Positions 1 to 14,502 of a DNA stretch of 64,000 nucleotides are shown one piece after another (position 1 is the stretch's first letter; each line of letters begins with the position of its first letter). A program made the position numbers and the translations under genes. The notes beneath the pieces are model-generated. The model made no database searches. It was not told the DNA's origin and saw only the letters and a list, made by a program, of their open reading frames with translations. Origin of the DNA: Eledone cirrhosa (Eukaryota); the NCBI GenBank assembly GCA_964016885.1, contig OZ024741.1:136338001-136402000 (forward strand). The letters run 5' to 3'.

Positions 1-313
<313 letters not shown>

Positions 314-866
314 ATGAAAGGTATAGAAAACACTGGAGCGAAAAGCGAGCAGCATTCCATAGTATATAAGTGACTATAGCGTCAAAATGGGAAAAATAGT
401 TAAAGTAAGATGTGGGAAAAATAATTTAAACTCATCCTAAAGAGAATCAGGATATAAATTCATCCACAGAATTTATTGAAATCCAGGGAAAAATCAATAG
501 AGCCTTAACTCATGATAAAATAAAGTTCGAGATACCTATCCTTCAATTTGGAAAAAATTCAAATGCTCTGTATAGTCGTAAGACAATTTCATGAAAACTT
601 TCAGTGGAGATGGTCACGGTTGGAGATCATCATCAGCAGAGCTCAACTGGATAACCAGGATTCTCGCAGATTAATATACCAAAAAGGGAATTCTAAAGCT
701 GGCCAGTCCAACATCATGCGTGATCACGAAAAACGCACACGAGGAAAAAATGGCTATTGACGTCAGAATGAGTCGAAAGTTTGTTTACAAGAAACAACAG
801 TCAAAAACATTCCGAAAAAAACTCTACAGTAAGGAGTTCAGCAAAATGCAATATTATCGCAGTTTT

Positions 867-2899
<2,033 letters not shown>

Positions 2900-3080
2900 T
2901 ACAGGACTAGAACTGTTTTATTCGCAAGAAATCATCTTGATAATTTCTTATGAATGAAGCAGTTCTAGTCCTGTAGAAGTCATTTCTATAATAGAATATA
3001 TTCGCCTATACTCTGTTAACATATTGAGTACCTTTATTAACTGGGATCACTTCTTGATATACATCGGGGAATCACCCATA
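2900..3080 (+). mobile_element. Fold-back Penelope-like mini-element (family B) carrying a hammerhead remnant
   Basis: Imperfect inverted arms 2900-2938 / 2940-2975 centred on the CUGAUGA box; family consensus GAAA-CAG-uucuaguc-CUG-UA; tail with TATTGAGTAC; homologue at 32558-32694. Confidence 0.65.
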
Positions 3081-3118
<38 letters not shown>

Positions 3119-5216
3119 ACATGACGGCGTTCTGCAGTTTCCGTTTACTAAATTCTGCGCACAAAGCTTTATCCAGCCGTAGTATAGCACACGACGTTTG
3201 CTCAAGCTGACGTGCAGCTGGACTAAACTCCGACCCAACTGGTGGTTACATGAAATACTTAGCCATACATCCATACTTGTGCCTATATGATAGAATATAT
3301 ATATTTTTAAATCGACACTTCATAATTCATGTAATTGCAACTTTGATACTCTACTGATAGAAGTATTGTGGTTTCGATGAATAATATGACCATCGATTAT
3401 ACTCTTGAACTTCAAACTTGTCAAGAATGACCTTGTCAAACATTAACCTTGTCAAGATAATTGTATTGATGTTATCCTTAATATATTCACTCACATATAG
3501 AATATGTTTAAAATCAATTACAGTGTAAAGGATTGCTAAATATTTATCAAGAATATAATCATCGCCATATTGTTTGATTGTATTTTTTTTAGCAATATTC
3601 TACAAATTAAATGGGGAAAAATTATCCACTGAGATGTCCATTCTGAAAATATGGACAACTACATTATCAACGCCAGGAATGACAATTATGAGATTGCAAG
3701 TTCAATTCCCGAACCGAGTAAAGTGTTATATCCTTGAGCAACACATATTTTCCATTGCTCCCTCTGCCACGGTTTGCGACTGGTAGTTAGTATCAGTAAT
3801 GGAAAGACCATGGAAACATAAACGTGAAAGTGGCTAAGACACTTTCAACAAGCCTGGACCCAATTGAATTAACGATACAATTCTTTTCTGAAAATAAAAT
3901 ATCTTGCTCAAAGACACAATACGTTACCAACAAGAGTCGAACTCATCATTTAATATATAATCAATTGCATTAACACTAAGATTATATATTGACACCGCTG
4001 ACATTATCTGCCGGAACTCTTCACTTGAAGAAAGTACTTCACTTGTTATGATTGAAAAGGTAGAAACATTTTGGTCAGCCATCTTGAAATTCCAAACAAA
4101 AAGTCAAACATTTATTGCTCATGTACTGAACATGAGATATTTCGGAAGAAATAACAATCAACTCAAACGTAAAATGTAACTTCTGTATATCTTTATATAT
4201 ATATATATATATACATAACGTTTGTGTGTGGTGAAACAATCTTAGAATCAAAGGAAAAAATAGGGTATTTCATGTATAACTGTGTGTGTGTGTGAAATAA
4301 ATGTAAATACAACATGTATGTGTGTATATATATATAGATTAGTAAAAGTAAAATATCGACCATGAGAAAAATACGGTGAAAGCTTCTATTTTAACATGCT
4401 ATCTTTGACTATCGTTTGTTGAAGTAACAGGTGGTTTCCTATCGTTAAGTGCGAATTTATATTCAAGTTTAATTGATCATCTGCTAGGCCTATACCTTCA
4501 TTCCGATGGTATGTTCAGATTTATTAATTCATTTAATAGGTTAAAACTTGATTTAGGTTAATTGATGATTAGAAGGTTTCGATTTATTAAACAGATAGGC
4601 TTAGATTAAGTTAATAGGTGATACCCGGGTTTAGATTTGGTCCATTTAGATATTGGTTATAGAGTTTGTGGTTTATTTCAGTGGATGATTATATGTCGGA
4701 TCAGATTCGTTTTGGAAACATTTCTGGTGGTCACACTGATTATGTATGTGTGCATGATCAATTACGTAAAGGCGTCGTTGGCACTGCAGGTTATTATAGA
4801 AAGAACGTAATACGACGACTGGAGACTGATGGCATGCGTCACTCCATACCTGTAATTGATGCAGATGTGTGGGTATTTTACCGGGAGGGCTGGGGTAGTG
4901 TTTTCAATGGCGTGTTTTATTTTTATTTTTCCTATTGCAGTATGAGTGTCGTAGGTGGGGTCGAATGGGTTACATTTGCCTTAGTTTATGGATAATTTTG
5001 GTTTAATTTAGATATATTCGCGTTCAAGTTAAGGCAGATGACAATCGTGATTATACGTATATGTATACCATACATCGTGTTAAGAGAGTTCCCTGTTGAC
5101 AGGTCTCTTAAGTATCCTCTCCGGTAACGGCCTTACTGCATGTGATTATGTTCGTGATTAAAATTGAATTGTTTATATTTAAGATGTCGATTAACGGTTT
5201 TAATTACATGTATATA

Positions 5217-5296
<80 letters not shown>

Positions 5297-5311
5297 CAAA
5301 AACATGTATAT

Positions 5312-5745
5312 ATATGGAGTGGTCTGGTGGTGCTACCTACGTAGAAGTTGCTGCATTTGTCGCACTCTAGTCTGTATACGACGTAAGCCTGTTGACATAG
5401 GTCTGTGTCGTTGATGGGGCAGTTGGCTAACCTGCAGCGGTTGTCATGTCTGGTGGAGTGTCTTTTGGTTAGCTGTCCGCGTAGAGAAGGTCCTGAGTGG
5501 GCTAGTTAGGTATCTAGTCGCTCTCGTCTGATAGCTCTGCGGATGGCTGTTGTTGTTTCGTCACTGAAGTGTGGCAGCTTAAGGAAGCAAGTGTTAGTGC
5601 CTCGGGTGTGGTGTCCTCTGTTCTTTCTGGCACGGTTTGTGGTGGATGTCGTGTATCCGTTCAGTTTGAGTACTTCCAGGAAATGTGTGGTGTGTGTGTT
5701 TCGGTCTCTAGCGTCGGTGCATTTGTTCCGGATACGTGTAGTATG
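5312..5745 (-). pseudogene. Penelope-like element fragment: RT thumb/linker and N-terminal GIY-YIG endonuclease (Nematis-like)
   Basis: Minus-strand translation ...LKLNGY...FLKLPHFSD...[41 protein letters not shown]; one stop; ends in (TA)n. Confidence 0.85.
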
Positions 5746-6317
5746 TATCCGAACTTATGTATCCGAACTTACCGCCTTAACTCTTTGATATTAGAGATAG
5801 AACAGATACTCTACACCATTTCCTGTCAGCATAACATGGCAAGCTATTTAGAACACTGATTTAACCGCTTTACTTCCCTCCGAAGAAGAGATATTATCTC
5901 GAAAATTAAGGACATTTAAATAAATCTAAGGTAAAAGACTAATTGTCAACAATATCTTTGGCATATGCATTCTTTATTCTATGTCCATACCTGCATTGTT
6001 TTGGCTTTATTATACATATACAAACGTTTATATCTCATTACACAATGCTTCAAGTGTACTATAACATCCTCCTATATATATATATATGTATATATAGAGA
6101 TTACAATAATCAAAGTTCAGTTTAAATCATTTATTTGCTTACAATTGTTTCCTCCAAACCGAGGTTTGGATTGTTCGGAGCAACTATTTAGTGATCTATA
6201 ACATACTTGACTTCCTTTTCAACACAAGAGACATATAAAAACATGCATATATTGACCCACAGTGGAATGACATCCATCATAATGATATAGCATGGCAATT
6301 TACATATAAAGGTTAAA

Positions 6318-6446
6318 GAATAAAAATAAAAATAAAAATAAAAATAAAAATAAAAATAAAAATAAAAATAAAAATAAAAATAAAAATAAAAATAAAAATA
6401 AAAATAAAAATAAAAATAAAAATAAAAATAAAAATAAAAATAAAAA
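6318..6446. repeat. (TAAAAA)n hexamer microsatellite
   Basis: About 21 perfect units. Confidence 0.97.
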
Positions 6447-7022
6447 TGAAACATTGGCAGTTTATGAAGGTAAAGCAAGAGGAAAGTTTAGAGAAGTCAG
6501 TGTATGAAACAATCTCACGCGTAGCATGCATGCGTGTCTTATTTATACAGGATTAGAGTGCGGCAGATTGTTACTTGTAGGATCAGGCAGTTAAAGCATG
6601 CAATCGATAGTATTATGCGGGCTGTATTGTTAAATCATTTTTTCGCATACACCTGTATGATATACAATCCCGAATGTAGAGAAACACCAAAATATCAAAA
6701 ATATCAAACATATTATAGAACATATTATACCATAAGCAAAACAGTACCACTGTCTTCGAGCTCACCACCACTCACATAATCCATGAAACGGAATATATAG
6801 ACGACAGGTCTATCATACAATCCACGATGGATCAGCATAGAACCGAGTTCTGTAAAACAACCGATGTTATTACATTGAGCTATTTATCTTACTGGTAATA
6901 AGATAGTAATGAATGACTATCTTTCACTATTTGGGGTTTGTATAAAAAAGATATATAACTATAAAAGGTTTTATTATATACATAACCATAAATAGTATCC
7001 TTAATACTATATGTATATATAT

Positions 7023-7054
<32 letters not shown>

Positions 7055-7283
7055 GTATATAGTAATAATAAATTTGAAGACTAAAATCCAAAGAGGGTTC
7101 GATAAGGATAAATATATGTCAAATATATAAGAACCGTAGACCAAATATTTATCCCGTTAAGGGTGAACGCACTGATTATTTGCTTAAACGTTAATCTGTT
7201 ATTTTAATAAATATATTTGTATATATATATATATGTATATATATGTATATATATATGTATATATATATGTATATATATGTATA

Positions 7284-7364
<81 letters not shown>

Positions 7365-7374
7365 GTATTGTGAA

Positions 7375-7590
7375 GGCGTGTGGCTGTGTGGTTAGAGAAT
7401 TGGATTCGCAATCGTAAGGTTGTGAGTTCGATTCCTGGACCAGGCGATGCGTTATGTCCTTGGGCAAGACACTTTATTTCACGTTGCTCCTTCTACCTGG
7501 AGTTGCGACCGATAGATAGTATTAGCAATTGGAAAGACCAACGGAAACACTGTTCCCTCGGTCCGATTTGACGAAAGTCGATCGTCTCCT
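7375..7590 (+). mobile_element. tRNA-derived SINE, family 2
   Basis: A-box TGGCTGTGTGG, B-box GTTCGATTCC, GTCCTTGGGCAAGACACTT core; close copy at 54862-55075. Confidence 0.85.
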
Positions 7591-7631
7591 ATGTATATAT
7601 ATATGTATATATATATATGTATATATATATG

Positions 7632-7709
<78 letters not shown>

Positions 7710-7886
7710 CTTATATATATGTATATATATATATATATACTTATGTATATATATATATATATATATATACTTATATATATATATGTGTATATATATATAT
7801 ATATATACTTATATATATGTATATATATATATATATATACTTATAAATATGTATATATATATATATATATATTACTTATATATATG

Positions 7887-7920
<34 letters not shown>

Positions 7921-7930
7921 TATACTTATA

Positions 7931-7967
<37 letters not shown>

Positions 7968-8216
7968 TTATATATATGTATATATATATACTTATATATA
8001 TGTATATATATATATATATATACTTATATATTATGTATATATATTATATACTTATATATATGTATATATATATATACTTATATATATGTATATATATATA
8101 TTATATATATACTTATATATATGTATATATATATATATATACTTATATATATGTATATATATATATATACTTATATATATGTATAATATATATATATATA
8201 TATATATATACTTATA

Positions 8217-8279
<63 letters not shown>
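7591..8279. repeat. (TA)n compound microsatellite with TACT interruptions
   Basis: Direct inspection. Confidence 0.97.
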
Positions 8280-8281
<2 letters not shown>

Positions 8282-8395
8282 AAAGATATATTTAAATTGT
8301 TGGGTTACAACGAGTAAATATTTATAACTGATATAAAAGCACTCAACAAGTATTTGGAGTATATTTACGATATTAGTTTCCATTTATTTAATATC

Positions 8396-8398
<3 letters not shown>
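8280..8398 (-). mobile_element. Small fold-back element (family F) with a putative hammerhead 3' half
   Basis: Terminal hairpin TACGATATTA...TAATATCGTA; minus strand GAAA-C(uaauauc)G-UA; tail TGTTGAGTGC; related sequence at about 13665-13690. Confidence 0.45.
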
Positions 8399-8434
<36 letters not shown>

Positions 8435-8435
<1 letters not shown>

Positions 8436-8574
8436 CGAGGGAAAAGTGGTAAGGAACCAGGTGGACCATAACGCACCAAAGTACTCAATACTTAGGGTAG
8501 TAGAGTGGGAAATAGGAGTAAGTAAGACCCCGACGGCTGAGCTCAAGCCGTTTCGACGGCTAATTCTGTACTCA

Positions 8575-8576
<2 letters not shown>
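8435..8576 (-). mobile_element. Penelope-like mini-element family A (hammerhead 3' half + tail)
   Basis: Minus strand GAAA-CGGCU-ugagcuc-AGCCG-UC-GGGGUC plus conserved tail; (TA)n on both sides. Confidence 0.8.
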
Positions 8577-8610
<34 letters not shown>

Positions 8611-8639
8611 AAGTTACATAAAAGTCAAATGATTAAAAT

Positions 8640-8880
8640 TTAGCTTCGTTTATTACTGCTATATATATTTCAGTGACAGCCATCTTTGGCTATGACCTCT
8701 TCAGGCAGTTTGAATTAGTATGGTATAGACAAGTACATATGTTGTTTAGGTGTATGATATTGTCAATACTCTGATATGCCCAGTTCCTTGTTGGGTTGTT
8801 AATTCACTGGGGAACTGGAGTCATATGACCCCAGCCTGCATACTGAGGTGTTGGTATACAACCAACATAAAATCAAAATC
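8640..8880 (-). mobile_element. Penelope-like pLTR (family D)
   Basis: Homologous to about 49858-50030; contains a hammerhead; lies between (TA)n tracts. Confidence 0.75.
8655..8709 (-). ncRNA. Minimal type I hammerhead ribozyme (family D)
   Basis: ACUGC-CUGAAGA-GGUCAUAGCCA(aaga)UGGCUGUCACU-GAAA-UAUAUA-UA-GCAGU; intact core; self-complementary stem III region. Confidence 0.88.
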
Positions 8881-9726
<846 letters not shown>

Positions 9727-9728
<2 letters not shown>

Positions 9729-9914
9729 AACAAATAAGACCCCGATGGCTGAGCTCAAGCCGTTTCGACGGCTAATTCTGAGAATTAGCCGTCGAAACGG
9801 CTTGAGCTCAGCCGTCGGAGTCTTACTTGTTCCTATGACCCACTCTACAACCCTAAGTATTGAGTACTTTGGTGCGTTATGGTCCACCTGGTTCCTTACC
9901 ACATTTCCTTCGTT
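9727..9914 (+). mobile_element. Fold-back Penelope-like mini-element family A
   Basis: Near-perfect palindrome 9724-9779 / 9781-9836 with a 1-nt centre; each arm is a hammerhead 3' half; about 80-bp tail; (TA)n on both sides. Confidence 0.85.
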
Positions 9915-10092
9915 ATATATATATATATATATATCTATATATATATAATAGAAATTGAGGTTTTTTTTACAAAATGAAAAATAACCGAGGTGTCCTACAC
10001 GAGTGAAAGTATAAAGAAAAAGAGATGAAATCGAAAATGCAACTGGAGTCTTATTTTTTTATATATCCTTACTTACATTACTTTTGTTTTTT

Positions 10093-10268
10093 TAATAATA
10101 CATATCAACATTTTCTTTCCATCGCACATATTATTAAACCCTTAAATATTATTCTTAATACATATTAACATTTTCTTTCCATCGCACATATTATTAAACC
10201 CTTAAATATTATTCTTAATACATATTAACAATTTCTTTTCATCGCACATATTATTAAACCCTTCAATA
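10093..10268. repeat. 60-bp tandem repeat x3
   Basis: Unit contains ACATTTTCTTTCCATCGCACATATTATTAAACCCTT. Confidence 0.9.
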
Positions 10269-10825
10269 TACAAACCTTAACTTAACATTATTTTCCTCTT
10301 CGTTGATTTTCAAATTCTTTTAATTTATACATTATCTTGCAACGGTTTTTCAACCTCTCTATGTAAAACAATATATTTTTCTCAGTTATAAAAGCTATCT
10401 CTCTCTCTCTATCACCCATCTCTCCTCCTATCTCATCCTTCCTCATTATACTCCTCCCCCTTCACTTTTTACTCTCATCTCCTCCTCTTTTTCATCCTTT
10501 CCACCCCCGCCTCCTCTCAGAATTTTTTTTTCACAATATCACACATCAATCTAAAACTACTTTTCATATGTTGATTTGAAACTGCACTATTCACAAGTGT
10601 TTTTTAACCTTCATATCATGTCTTCCTATTTTATCTGATGAAAACACAAATGTTATTGCATGATGATATTTGTTTTTGAAATGCGCATAATAAAATACAA
10701 GGAACTCTTTTAACCATCTTTTGATCTTATATATTATGTATACTCCAGTCCTACAATATGTAGAGTGCTTCTTATCCGATATCTGCATTGCTTTATTGTA
10801 CTACAATAAAACTCACCTCCTACAT

Positions 10826-11284
<459 letters not shown>

Positions 11285-11770
11285 GTCTTCCTCTTCTAGT
11301 GTGTCCATGTAGAGGTGCCCAAAGGAGCACTGAGTGCAATGTCAACTCTGGATGTCGGTGAGCATGTCCAGCCAACCTCAGTCTCCTCTGTGTCACTTTT
11401 GAGCTGACTTTTGGGATGCTCCCATACAGCTCTGAGTTTTTCATCCTCAGTGTATACTGATTAATGTTCAGAGCCATCCTCAGCATTCTCGTGTAGCAGC
11501 CATCCACCATCTGAGTGAGTTTCTTGGTCAGTGTCCAAGTCTCAGACCCATACAGCAGCACAGACTCCACTACAACAAAGAAGAGGCGGATTTTCAGGTC
11601 TCTACGACGGTCCGACTTCCACACCGATCTCAAGGTTAACGTATGTTGATGCCCTAAAGACAGACACTGGTCTGTTGGAGACGCAGGACATGGCAGCAAT
11701 AATGAGGGACAGAGACCGCTGGGGAGAACTCGTCCATGGATCTCGGGAATTTTACCCGCCATAGAATAGA
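11285..11770 (+). mobile_element. 5'-truncated RTE-clade LINE with 5' inversion
   Basis: 11285-11634 on minus encodes [19 protein letters not shown]...RRLRLAGH...RRGR; 11631-11764 on plus continues RLTYVDAL...DRDRW; (ATAGA)n tail. Confidence 0.92.
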
Positions 11771-11797
11771 ATATATATGTATATATATGTATTATAT

Positions 11798-11892
<95 letters not shown>

Positions 11893-11897
11893 CATAC

Positions 11898-11944
<47 letters not shown>

Positions 11945-12140
11945 CATTTATATATATACATATATATATATATACATATGTTGAGAAGGTAACACACCAG
12001 AGAGAGATATATAGTGCGTTATCAATAATACAGGGAAAAAACCACCAGTGTATGGAATCTATAACCTATGAAAGGCAGACTATAGACACGATAATTAAAA
12101 ATATAAATTAAAGCGTAAATAAATACCTCTATAACTATAT

Positions 12141-12221
12141 TACACACGTACAAATCCAGAGATATGTTTCGCCAGAGAAGTTGTTGAAAGAAATGTTAGT
12201 CTCGGTTCATCAGCGTGTGTA
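12141..12221 (-). ncRNA. Type I hammerhead ribozyme with a complete stem III (family E)
   Basis: UACACACG-CUGAUGA-ACCGAGA...UCUCUGGC-GAAA-CAUAUC(ucug)GAUUUG-UA-CGUGUGUA: 8-bp stem I, GUA triplet, A.C mismatch at 10.1/11.1. Confidence 0.85.
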
Positions 12222-12685
12222 CTTCCCCTGTGTCTTCCCCTTTGAGCACATTATTTACAGGGAATAACGACGGCCTATGCCTCCGTTAATTTATCGTGAT
12301 ATATACATATATACATATATATATGTATATATATATATTGTTTTTTATCACTTCACACTATCCAATTTTATATTTTTATATATCTTTCTCTTGTTCTATT
12401 GTCTCCAAATCTCATTTGAGTTACCTATTCTATAACGCCCCTCCTCTATTTCCTCCAGAACCCTTTTTCGCCTATCTCCTCTGGCCTACTTTCATTCACA
12501 ATCCTTAGAATTTGGTGTATAGATTTCACTTTCAACGCTTGACCGGCTCCACCCACTCCCTCATTGCTCTACAGGCAAGTTCAGCCACCCTCACCCCCTA
12601 CCCACTGCCATGATAGACTTAATTGTGTTTACAAGAAATGTTGACCAATCCTCTTGACAACTACAATCTTCTCATATAAAGAAGT

Positions 12686-12781
12686 ACCCCTTGAAAAGTT
12701 CGGCTATTTATTTACCAGGCTAAAAATTCTAATTTAGTCCAGAAATAGCCGTTGAAACGGCTTGAGCTCTGCCGTCGGGGT
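12686..12781 (+). ncRNA. Type I hammerhead ribozyme, U3-A8 core variant (family A, complete)
   Basis: ACCCC-UUGAAAA-long stem II (CGGCUAUUU/AAAUAGCCG)-GAAA-CGGC(uugagcucu)GCCG-UC-GGGGU. Confidence 0.8.
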
Positions 12782-12788
12782 CATTCAT

Positions 12789-12834
<46 letters not shown>

Positions 12835-12839
12835 GAATG

Positions 12840-12935
12840 ACCCCGACGGCAGAGCTCAAGCCGTTTCGACGGCTATTTCTGGACTAAATTAGAATGTTTA
12901 GCCTGGTAAATAAATAGCCGAACTTTTCAAGGGGT
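12840..12935 (-). ncRNA. Type I hammerhead ribozyme, U3-A8 core variant (inverted copy)
   Basis: Near-identical reverse complement of 12686-12781 with G10.1-C11.1 intact; arms 12681-12790 / 12831-12940 surround a (TA)n. Confidence 0.82.
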
Positions 12936-13541
12936 ACTTCGTTTGAAATTACGAGGAAAATCCTTATGATTTTATACGAATGAAATTGTTTTATTCCGGT
13001 AGAAGTCATTTGTATTTAACATAAAGATGTATATGCCTTTCAGAATGGAACTCATAGACCTATCGTTGTGAAACAAACACTTTAATCTGACAGAGCCATG
13101 CTCACTGGTTTTTTTTTTCCTAAAAAGAATCATTATCAAATTTGAAATACAAATAAATTATCAACATAATCTATTTTACATACATGTAAACTAGATTAAG
13201 ATTGACATTTATCTATCAAATTTCATTAGGAAATATTTATAAAATGATATTTTTCAGCGATGACTATCAGATAACGAGGGAGATAAGGAGATATTTGTGA
13301 GTGTTAATATCGTTCTAAAATACATTATCAATATATGTGAAGCAGAGTATAGAGTACTAAGCTGAATAAATATTTTACTAGTCTTAGCTACTAACAGACC
13401 ACCCCCACACACACACACCCCCACACGTACACACGCACATACACTCATACACACATACATGTGTGTGTGCGAGAAGGAGATATATATATATAGAGAGAGA
13501 GGGAGAGAAAGACAGATATGTGTATATATATATATATATAT

Positions 13542-13615
13542 AATAGAAAAACGAGGAAGTTTCCTTTACATATAAAAAAATATTTATTGCCTATCGACCT
13601 GTTACGCACGTTTCG

Positions 13616-13624
<9 letters not shown>
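13542..13624 (-). mobile_element. Penelope-like pLTR end with hammerhead 3' half
   Basis: Minus strand CUGC-GAAA-CGUGCG-UA-ACAGG then AATAAA and a tail; between (TA)n tracts. Confidence 0.55.
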
Positions 13625-13667
<43 letters not shown>

Positions 13668-14298
13668 GATATTAACAAATGGAAACTATATTTATAAAAC
13701 CATATCTATTTTATTATACATATTTCAAGGATACCATGTTAAATTATGGTATGCTTTCATCAGACAAAATACAATATATACCAGTTTTATAAATAAATAT
13801 TGACATACCCTTTCAAAATGCAACCGTTACTTTTGGAAGACATCAGGGATAGTGGATTTGTTTACTTATATTAGTAAGTCGTTGTGTTACGGAGAAGGAA
13901 AAAGACGGAGAGAGAGAAATATAGAGATAAAGAGAAGGGGAGAGAACGAAAACCTTAAGTCATGTCATATTAAGTTAAGTTAACAATTGAGATGAAATGA
14001 ATAAATAAAATTAGAAATATTAATATTCATGAATGGAATATATATATATATATATATATATAATGTAATCTGAGTTTTTCGAATATTAATAATAACATTC
14101 GATTCGTTTGCAATTATACAAACAAGACTCAATTTTATAGCCATGTCAGTAGAATGAACTCTTCATTCTTGCTCTTGTGTTGGCAAAACTCAGATTACAT
14201 TTATTGTATTCAGCCATGTAGAGCGCGAAATTTCCTTTTTTATTTGAACTTGGCAAAGCCGGCCATTTATCGCTCGTATATAAGAAACTGATTGGCCT

Positions 14299-14397
14299 AT
14301 CTGCTGATATGCAAATCTGGCTGATCAGTGGATCTGCTAATAAGCAGATCTGACTGATCAGCCAGTCTGCTAATATGCAAATCAGGGCGATCAGTCA
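14299..14397. repeat. 33-bp tandem repeat x3 inside the pLTR
   Basis: ATCTGCTGATATGCAAATCTGGCTGATCAGTGG-like units. Confidence 0.85.
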
Positions 14398-14452
14398 CTA
14401 TGTATTTTTGAAAAATAGCATATATTTTCACTAGCTTTGGCAGGTGAACAGT

Positions 14453-14502
14453 GAGCTGTACTGATGAAGGGTGATACCCAGAACCATTAGTGTCTGCAGT
14501 TC
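14453..14502 (+). ncRNA. Type I hammerhead ribozyme with a core substitution (GAAA to GAAC)
   Basis: GAGCUGUA-CUGAUGA-AGGGU(gau)ACCCA-GAAC-CA(uuag)UG-UC-UGCAGUUC; 8-bp stem I including G.U pairs. Confidence 0.7.

Noticed and set aside
4380-4560. Possible Penelope RT remnant on the minus strand (SFN..NIP.EGI)
   Set aside because: Needs several frameshifts; similarity too weak to call without a search.
5872-5915. CCGAAGA-AGAGAT(att)ATCTC-GAAA hammerhead-like motif; similar relics at about 15755-15785 and 42195-42230
   Set aside because: Core boxes mutated and stems I/III not convincingly formed; at most decayed relics.
7375-7445. tRNA-like sequences at SINE heads
   Set aside because: A/B boxes are present, but there is no complete cloverleaf and they run into SINE cores; not tRNA genes.
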